From a bacterium (GTDB lineage: Bacteria > Verrucomicrobiota > Verrucomicrobiia > Limisphaerales > UBA11358), in the NCBI GenBank assembly GCA_021780375.1, contig JAJXYT010000014.1, positions 1 through 61,443 of the forward strand: a stretch of DNA of 61,443 nucleotides. The letters are read 5' to 3'. A program made the position numbers and the translations under genes. Each line of letters opens with the position of its first letter. The first letter of the stretch is position 1. Of the stretch, positions 55,137-61,443 are shown one piece after another. A model generated the notes under the pieces. It was given only the letters and a program-made list of their open reading frames with translations. It made no database searches and was not told the origin of the DNA.

Positions 55137-57683
55137 TCAATCCGCTTTTCCAGGCTTCACCACGACGACGACCAGAGCGTCTGATTTGAGGTATTTTTGC
55201 GCGACGGTCTTGATCTGTTCCAGCGTGACGGCTTCGTATTTGGCGTCATCGAGTTCCGTGCGCTGGTAGCCGAGGCCGTAAAGCTCGTCGAGCGCGGTGG
55301 TGGAGGCGAGGTGGCCGAGTTCCTGCCGCGCGATTTTCTTCTGGCCGATGATTTTGGCCTTGGCGCGTTTGAGTTCCTCGGCGGTCAGACCCTCGTTGCG
55401 CAGCAACTCGGTTTCCTTGAGCAATTCCTTTTCGACCAGGTCAACCTTGGCCGGTTCGGTGCCGGTATAAAACGCGAAGTAGCCGGGCACGAGCCCGGCC
55501 AGGTTCTGCGCCCCGACGTAATAGGCCAGGCCCAGCTGCTCACGGATGCGGAGGAACAACCGCGAGCCGAGGTCGCTGCACGATTCCTGAATCAGCTCCA
55601 GCGCGTAACGATCGTCATCAAACATCGTCGTGCCGGGAAAACCGACCACCAGCACGGCCTGCTTTTTGTCGCGGGTTTCGGTGACGCGGCTGGGAAGTCG
55701 GGGGTGGGGAGCTGGGGGTTGGGAACTGGATGGGTTCGAGCTTCCGGCCACGGGCTGCCAACTTCCAAAGACCTTTTCGACGGCGGCCTTGACTTCGTCC
55801 GTCTTCACATCACCGTAAATGGCGAGCACGCAATTATCCGGCGTCACGAGCCGTTGATGAAAAGATATCAGATCATCGGCCTGGAGTTTCTGGATCACCG
55901 CTTCCGTGCCGAGCGTGTCGAGCCCATAACCGCCGTTGCCGAACAGCGACCGGCGCATGGCCAGGCTCGCACTTTTAAGCAGGTCATCTTTCTGCGCGTA
56001 GATGCCGGCGATTTGCACGTCGCGTTCGCGTTCCAGTTCGTCGGGAGGAAAAATCGGGTTCAACAAAACATCGGAGACGAGTTCAAGGCCGGTCTGGAAA
56101 TCGCTGCTCATTACTTCCGCGTTGACGCCGAAGCTGTTGTTGCCGCCGTAACTGTCGATGCCGCCGCCCACGGATTCAATTTCCGTGGCGATCTGGGTGG
56201 CGGTCCGGCGCCGGGTGCCTTTGAGCAGCGTTTTGGCGAGCAACTGGGTGATGCCGTTGTTGGTCGGGGTCTCGGCGAGCACGCCGCCCTTGAGCGCCGC
56301 GCGAAACTCGACGAAGGGCAGGCGATGATCCTCCTTGACCAACAGGCGCAACCCGTTGGGCAGGTCGAATTTCTGTATTGGCTGGTCGCCGGGCGCTTCA
56401 GTTTCGATTTTTGATTTCGGCGCGCTGCCGTCGGGCAGCAACGCGTAAAGCGTGCGGTTTTCCGGGGTGAGATATTCGCGGGTCACGCGCTGGATGTCCG
56501 CGGGCGTGACGAGCTTGACGGCGGCGAGCTGGCGTTCGGAAAAACCGAGGTCGCTGGCCGCCATCCAGTTTCCGCCGAGGTCGCCGGCCTGCCCATCCAT
56601 CGTTTTGCGCGTGGCGAGCGTGGCGGCGACGAATTGTTTGACCGCTTTTTCCAGTTCGCCGGGCGTCACCAGCCCGCCTTTCATTTTCTCCACTTCCGCC
56701 AGCAGGGCCCCGCGCGCGTCGGCAAATTTGTCCGCGTCGGCGATGGCGCTCAGGCCGAACAGACCGGGATGGCCGGGGCTGTACGTCCACGCGTCCACGT
56801 GATGCACCACGCCCTGACGTTCGCGCACCTCCTGATAAAGTCGCGAGCTGCGTCCATGACCGAGCAGCACGGCCAGGACTTCCAGGGCGGGCAGGTCGGA
56901 ATGGCGGATTTCGGGAATGTGCCAGGCAAAATGAAAGTGGCCGAGCTCAATCGGCGCTTCCTCGACGATTTCGCGCGGCGCGGTTTGCCTGGGTTCCTCG
57001 GGCAAAACCATCGGCGGCATCGGTCGCGCCTTCGATTTTTCGTAAGCGGCGCGAATTTGCGCGATCACCTCGTCGTTTTTCATGTCACCCACCACGACGT
57101 AGAAGACATTGTTCGGCGCGTATTTCTCGTGATAATAACCGCGGATATCGTCCGGTTTGAGTTCGTTGAAAATATCGGGATAGCCGATGACGGTGAGGCG
57201 ATACGGACTGCGCGTGTAGGCGGTTTCGAACAGGCGCCGGCCGGCGCGGCGCCCGGGATCGTCCACGTTCATGTCCATTTCGCGACGGATGACCTCCTGT
57301 TCCTTGGCGAGTTCATCGGGCGGCAACGTCGCGTTCTGCATGATGTCACAGAGTATATCAATGGCGACCCGCGCGCCGGTGTTCGGCACGTCAATATGGT
57401 ACACCGTGCGGTCGAAGCTGGTGTAGGCGTTCATGTAACCGCCGGCTTCCTGCACTTCCTGGTCAATGCGGCTGCCGGGCCGGGTGGTGGTGCCCTTGAA
57501 CAGCATGTGTTCGAGCATGTGCGACAGCCCGGCGCCGAGCCAGCGGCCTTCATGAATGCTGCCGGCCATGCACCACGCCTGCGCCGACACGACCGGGGCG
57601 CTGCGGTCTTCGCGCACGATGATGGTCAGGCCATTGTCGAGCGTGGTCAAAGTGACGCCGGCGGGCGGCGACGGGGTTTGCAT
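55137..57683 (-). CDS. M16 (pitrilysin-like) zinc peptidase, fused two-module form
   Basis: Inverted zinc motif HMLEH, NAYTS.D.T.Y, SRLY..VRE, second module LPNGL...SRLF..IRE..GLAY; start could be 57719. Confidence 0.93.
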   Translation of the reverse strand: MQTPSPPAGVTLTTLDNGLTIIVREDRSAPVVSAQAWCMAGSIHEGRWLGAGLSHMLEHMLFKGTTTRPGSRIDQEVQEAGGYMNAYTSFDRTVYHIDVPNTGARVAIDILCDIMQNATLPPDELAKEQEVIRREMDMNVDDPGRRAGRRLFETAYTRSPYRLTVIGYPDIFNELKPDDIRGYYHEKYAPNNVFYVVVGDMKNDEVIAQIRAAYEKSKARPMPPMVLPEEPRQTAPREIVEEAPIELGHFHFAWHIPEIRHSDLPALEVLAVLLGHGRSSRLYQEVRERQGVVHHVDAWTYSPGHPGLFGLSAIADADKFADARGALLAEVEKMKGGLVTPGELEKAVKQFVAATLATRKTMDGQAGDLGGNWMAASDLGFSERQLAAVKLVTPADIQRVTREYLTPENRTLYALLPDGSAPKSKIETEAPGDQPIQKFDLPNGLRLLVKEDHRLPFVEFRAALKGGVLAETPTNNGITQLLAKTLLKGTRRRTATQIATEIESVGGGIDSYGGNNSFGVNAEVMSSDFQTGLELVSDVLLNPIFPPDELERERDVQIAGIYAQKDDLLKSASLAMRRSLFGNGGYGLDTLGTEAVIQKLQADDLISFHQRLVTPDNCVLAIYGDVKTDEVKAAVEKVFGSWQPVAGSSNPSSSQPPAPHPRLPSRVTETRDKKQAVLVVGFPGTTMFDDDRYALELIQESCSDLGSRLFLRIREQLGLAYYVGAQNLAGLVPGYFAFYTGTEPAKVDLVEKELLKETELLRNEGLTAEELKRAKAKIIGQKKIARQELGHLASTTALDELYGLGYQRTELDDAKYEAVTLEQIKTVAQKYLKSDALVVVVVKPGKAD

Positions 57684-57928
57684 GGCCAGGATTCTGGCCG
57701 AAAAAGCGGTGTCACTCATACACAAGTTGGACGGGCAGGATATTCGGAAATGCGTTTTGGGCAAACCAATTTGACGCGGGAGCAGACGACTGCCGCCCGG
57801 GTCACCGGAGGATCACCCGCTGGAAAGAGAATGGAGGAGTCTTGGAGCCGTGCCAAAGCACATCCAATCCGGAGGGAAGTGCGACGCGCGGGCTGAGATT
57901 TAATTTTAGCCGGGATTGCGCGGTCTGA

Positions 57929-58795
57929 CTACTGGCCGGGCCTGAATAATCGCCGTGAAAGATTCCAGCCCGGGACGCGGCGAAACATGAGCAACATGGC
58001 CGCCAGACCGGCCAGTGCCAAGGGGCAGGGTTCGGGGACCGCAGCCAGCCCGGATAACCGAACCTGACCGCCCCCATTATCATTGTTCGAGTTGGCATCC
58101 GTGCTCATGACCAGTTCGTAAGTGTCGCTTGCGACAAAAGCCGTTGGCACGTTCAAGGAGAGAGGATCATCCGGGTCCGTTTGAGGCAAATTAATGAATT
58201 GTTGGCTGTTGGGAGCGCCGGTGAATGCGGTCCAGCCGTAGTTCCACAAAACTTGACCCGAGGTCACATCATTCAAAGTCACCAGACAGTCGCTTTGATA
58301 CCAATTATCATAGCCGGTAAATTGCAGACTTAAGGTTGCCGTCTGAGAGGACAATGGAGAGAACAATATGTCGCTGATCGCGCTGACGTAACAAAAGCTG
58401 TTTTGATATTGTCCTTGGACGGTATCAGTGAATGAGTAACTCTGGAAGAGCCCGGCATCCGCCTCACCCCAGATTTGAGTGTTGTTTCCCGACCAACTTG
58501 GGCTTTGGTTAATATAATCAATGCTGGTTGGCGAAGCAGATACGACCGAATTTGATCCGGATACATCCGGATTGGAAGAAAATCCCCCGACACCCCACCA
58601 ACTGACCGATGCGGAATACCTCGAATTTATCACATTAACTCCCAACGGCTGCGCTTGCCCGGCCGGGCAGGCGCCAAAGGCCAGAACGGCCAGGACGAGC
58701 CCGATGCTTGTCGTTGTTCCTCTGAGCAATCGAATTGACGCGCCTGAAAGCTCGATGAACCGTGCCCAGCCGGCGAATGGTGTGAATGTTTTCAT
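57929..58795 (-). CDS. PEP-CTERM surface protein
   Basis: Signal peptide ending AGQAQ, Ser/Thr/Asn-rich body, VPEPCPLALAGLAAMLLMFRR; lower GC. Confidence 0.8.
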   Translation of the reverse strand: MKTFTPFAGWARFIELSGASIRLLRGTTTSIGLVLAVLAFGACPAGQAQPLGVNVINSRYSASVSWWGVGGFSSNPDVSGSNSVVSASPTSIDYINQSPSWSGNNTQIWGEADAGLFQSYSFTDTVQGQYQNSFCYVSAISDILFSPLSSQTATLSLQFTGYDNWYQSDCLVTLNDVTSGQVLWNYGWTAFTGAPNSQQFINLPQTDPDDPLSLNVPTAFVASDTYELVMSTDANSNNDNGGGQVRLSGLAAVPEPCPLALAGLAAMLLMFRRVPGWNLSRRLFRPGQ

Positions 58796-59069
58796 AGGCT
58801 TCGTTTATGGATTCAGGCTTGCGCCGATTTGTGCGACCGAAGGAAAGGCGGCATGTTGCGCGGTCAGATTCATAACCAGGATGCTGACTGTTACGTGCTC
58901 CAAAAAGCAGACGGGTAATTTGATGTCAAGGACGATCACACATTTCAAGTCTGAGCCGCGTCGTCGGCATCGGGGCGCGCAGAGACAATAAACATCACCC
59001 GCCGGGATTGCCCCCGGCAACCCGGTTCGCCGCAGCATTCGCAAAACCATTCTGATCCCGCCGGACCCT

Positions 59070-59489
59070 TCAATTGGCCAGCGACCTGGATTCTGGATTC
59101 AATTTGCTTTGTGGCCGGAACGGTTTGCGGAAAGCATCCGTGAAATCGTAGCCGTTCTGGAAATCGTCGCGCGTGTCCCGGTCGGTTTTGGCGAGCAGGC
59201 CGATTTCCAGCATATTGAAGACGATCTCGCCAAAGTCGCGGCAGTTGCGCACGCCCCATTCCTCGAACACGGTCACGACCATCGGGCCGAATTGCTGGAG
59301 CGCAAATTGCCGGATGCCGTCGAGCAGTTCCTGGCCGCTGACATGGCGGATCCGGCCGTGGGTTTCCTTGCCAATCAGTTTCTGGGTATAGTCGAGCGCT
59401 TCGCGGACAAACGTGTAGGCCTCGCGCGAAAAGCGCGTGTCCCGCGTGAGAATCAATTCCACCGCTTCGTCAAAGTTGATTTCTTGCAT
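59070..59489 (-). CDS. Verrucomicrobia/Planctomycetes-restricted protein (Minf_1886-like)
   Basis: D.RF..EAY.FVREAL, HVSGQELL.G, FGPM..TV..EWGV....DFGEIVFN. Confidence 0.82.
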   Translation of the reverse strand: MQEINFDEAVELILTRDTRFSREAYTFVREALDYTQKLIGKETHGRIRHVSGQELLDGIRQFALQQFGPMVVTVFEEWGVRNCRDFGEIVFNMLEIGLLAKTDRDTRDDFQNGYDFTDAFRKPFRPQSKLNPESRSLAN

Positions 59490-59491
59490 CT

Positions 59492-59653
59492 TTAAGGTTT
59501 AACCTGCTGAGTCGCCACCGGCGCTGGCGGGCCTTCGCTTTGCTTCGCCCCTGTAAAATGAGCGGTGCGATACGTTTTGACGGCCCAGCCGGTCAGCAGC
59601 AGACCCAAAACGATACAGAGAACCAATTGTTCCTGTTTCGTCAGGCGCTTCAC
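59492..59653 (-). CDS. 53-aa single-TM protein (below ORF-track cutoff)
   Basis: GTG start; MKRLTKQEQLVLCIVLGLLLTGWAVKTYRTAHFTGAKQSEGPPAPVATQQVKP*, stop 2 nt before the next ATG. Confidence 0.65.
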   Translation of the reverse strand: MKRLTKQEQLVLCIVLGLLLTGWAVKTYRTAHFTGAKQSEGPPAPVATQQVKP

Positions 59654-59700
59654 CCGCCCAATATAGTGGAAAATGTGAGGAACGGCAACAATCCTTCGTT

Positions 59701-59782
59701 ATTTACGATTTACGATAGACGATTTACGCGGCAAACTGTGTGCGTCTGTGATCCGTAAATCGTAAATCCAATATCGTAAAAT
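59701..59782. repeat. Inverted pair of heptamer arrays (ATTTACG / CGTAAAT)
   Basis: ATTTACG ATTTACG ATAGACG ATTTACG ... CGTAAAT CGTAAAT CCAATAT CGTAAAA. Confidence 0.8.
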
Positions 59783-59785
59783 GAT

Positions 59786-60541
59786 ATGGCTGTGATTGGC
59801 CGGTTTCAGAAGGGTAAGGAAGTATTTTACGCCAAAGTCGTGGACGGCGAGTTGTTTCGGCTGCGCGGCGACGTCTTTGGCGCGCCGTCGTTCGACCGCA
59901 AGCCGACCGCCCGGAAGGGTGTCAAAACGCTGGTGCCGGTCGTGCCGTCCAAAGTTATCGCCGTCGGGCTTAATTACCTCGAGCACGCGCGCGAGACGGG
60001 CAAGCCGCTGCCGCGCCTGCCGTTGTTCTGGCTCAAGGCCACCACGTCGTTGCTTCCCGACGGCGGGAAGATTGAGATTCCCTTTCCGCATCATCGCACG
60101 GATTACGAGGCGGAACTGGCCATCATCATCGGCCGCAAAATCCGCAATGTCCCGTCAACGGCGGCGGCGCGCTACATTTTTGGTTACACCACGGCGCAAG
60201 ACATCAGTGACCGCACGATTCAAAACGCCGAGAGCCAGTGGACGCGCTGCAAATCGTTCGACACCTTCACGCCCCTGGGGCCGTTCGTCGAAACCAAGCT
60301 GGATCCCGGCGACCTGACCATTCAGCTTTTCCAGAACGGCCATCTGCGCCAGAACTCGAACACCAGCCAGCTCATCTTCAACCCCGCCGACCTCGTCAGC
60401 TTCATCTCCACGAACCTGACGTTGCTGCCCGGCGACGTGATTCTGACGGGGACGCCCAGCGGCATCGGGCCGATTCAAAGCGGCGACCGGTTGGAAGTGC
60501 GGATCCAGGGGTTGGCGCCACTGGTGAACCAGGTAAAATAA
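59786..60541 (+). CDS. Fumarylacetoacetate hydrolase family protein
   Basis: KVIAVGLNY..H, DYEAELA, DISDR, KSFDTF.PLGP, LLPGDVILTGTP.G. Confidence 0.93.
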   Translation: MAVIGRFQKGKEVFYAKVVDGELFRLRGDVFGAPSFDRKPTARKGVKTLVPVVPSKVIAVGLNYLEHARETGKPLPRLPLFWLKATTSLLPDGGKIEIPFPHHRTDYEAELAIIIGRKIRNVPSTAAARYIFGYTTAQDISDRTIQNAESQWTRCKSFDTFTPLGPFVETKLDPGDLTIQLFQNGHLRQNSNTSQLIFNPADLVSFISTNLTLLPGDVILTGTPSGIGPIQSGDRLEVRIQGLAPLVNQVK

Positions 60542-60612
60542 TTTCACCACGGAGGCGCAAGCGGCAGTGCAAAAATCTTTACTTATCTTCTTTGTCTTGT
60601 TAAGATCATTGC

Positions 60613-61443
60613 ATGAAGCGAGCTGAAGCTTCGGAAACCCCGGTTCCAAACTTTTGCGGAATTTTGTTTGATGCGAAGGTTCTTTCCCACAAGTTCCCCG
60701 TGCAGGTTGGAATTTTACAACTGCTGTCGCTACTGTTGCTGACAACGGCACCCGGTGTGGTGCAAGCCCAATCCGCGACCAGTTTCATTTACACGACCAA
60801 TAACGGCGCGATTACCATCACGGGTTACACCGGTTCGGGCGGCGCGGTGGCCATCCCCAGTACGATCACTGGCCTGCCGGTCACCGGCATCGGGGACTCT
60901 GCTTTCCAATATGCCCCAGGCATTACCAGCATCCTGATCCCCGACAGTGTCACCAACATCGGGAGCCTGGCCTTTTATCAATGCACCAATTTGATCGGCG
61001 TCTCGGTTGGTTGGAGAGTCGCCAATATTGGGGACTACGCTTTCGAATCCTGTTACAGCCTGGGCAACATCTTTTTCTATGGTAATCCACCCAATGCCGG
61101 TGTGGATGTTTTCTCCGGTGACACCAATCTGACCGTCTATTATTTGTCCGGGCAGGCTTGGGGTTCAACCTTTGGCGGGTTTCCGACTTCGTCCTTTGCA
61201 TTCAGTGTCGCAGGCAATTCCGTTACTGGATACACGGGTTCAAGCAAACTGATCTTTATTCCAGAGACGATTCATTACTATCCGGTAACCAGCATCGGGG
61301 GCAGTGCGTTCAGAGGTACGGGTATAACCAACGTTATTATCCCGGACAGCATTACCAACATCGGGGGCACGGCATTCTTTAGGTGTGTGGGACTGAGAAG
61401 TTTCAGAATCCCGGATAGCGTCGCTAGCATTGGAAACGGTGCG
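60613..61443 (+). CDS. Secreted BspA-type leucine-rich-repeat surface protein (3' end outside the window)
   Basis: Not in the ORF track (no stop). Translation gives ...LLLLTTAPGVVQAQ...YTTNNGAITITGYTGSGGAVAIPSTITGLPVTGIGDSAF...IPDSVTNIGSLAFYQCTNL; true start may be further downstream. Confidence 0.85.
   Translation, partial: MKRAEASETPVPNFCGILFDAKVLSHKFPVQVGILQLLSLLLLTTAPGVVQAQSATSFIYTTNNGAITITGYTGSGGAVAIPSTITGLPVTGIGDSAFQYAPGITSILIPDSVTNIGSLAFYQCTNLIGVSVGWRVANIGDYAFESCYSLGNIFFYGNPPNAGVDVFSGDTNLTVYYLSGQAWGSTFGGFPTSSFAFSVAGNSVTGYTGSSKLIFIPETIHYYPVTSIGGSAFRGTGITNVIIPDSITNIGGTAFFRCVGLRSFRIPDSVASIGNGA

Noticed and set aside
8290-57896. Long antisense ORFs (e.g. 8290-9684, 11463-13154, 29317-31287, 49788-51512, 52948-54648, 56634-57896)
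   Set aside because: Shadow frames opposite well-supported genes, expected from high-GC codon bias; no recognisable motifs.
57770-57928. Possible structured ncRNA between the PEP-CTERM gene and the M16 peptidase
   Set aside because: No convincing stems or known family motif; would need an Infernal/Rfam search.

Overview
GC-rich bacterial chromosomal segment, most consistent with Verrucomicrobiota (Pedosphaera/Limisphaerales-like). This assignment is inferred from PEP-CTERM proteins, a Planctomycete/Verrucomicrobia-restricted Minf_1886-like gene, a eukaryote-type hisA, an rpsP-khpA-trmD-rplS operon without rimM, and secreted proteins ending in an FYR-type tail. Most of the window is housekeeping or metabolic: eboE/eboC, rarA, alaS, pckG, a P1B ATPase, a PilT-like ATPase, panB, an HldE-type kinase, thiG, hisA, 2-oxoacid dehydrogenase E1a/E1b/E2, a sensor-less phosphorelay, dapF, pyrK/pyrD, malic enzyme, shc, HU, hisS and an M16 peptidase. 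These are interspersed with solitary secreted-protein genes and decayed fragments (IS66, a Y1-type transposase tail, PAS, receiver and PQQ-dehydrogenase pieces). No rRNA, tRNA, CRISPR array, reverse transcriptase or intact transposase was recognised. The most striking unexplained structure is a dense population of small repeats at many gene junctions: GTAG-type REP-like palindromes and many different 6-, 7- and 9-mer tandem arrays, often as inverted pairs. These have also entered coding sequence in frame (pyrK, hisS, M16 peptidase, khpA), supply stop codons, and encode part of the signal peptides of a three-gene secreted beta-helix cluster. All product calls come from motif recognition by eye, not database searches.
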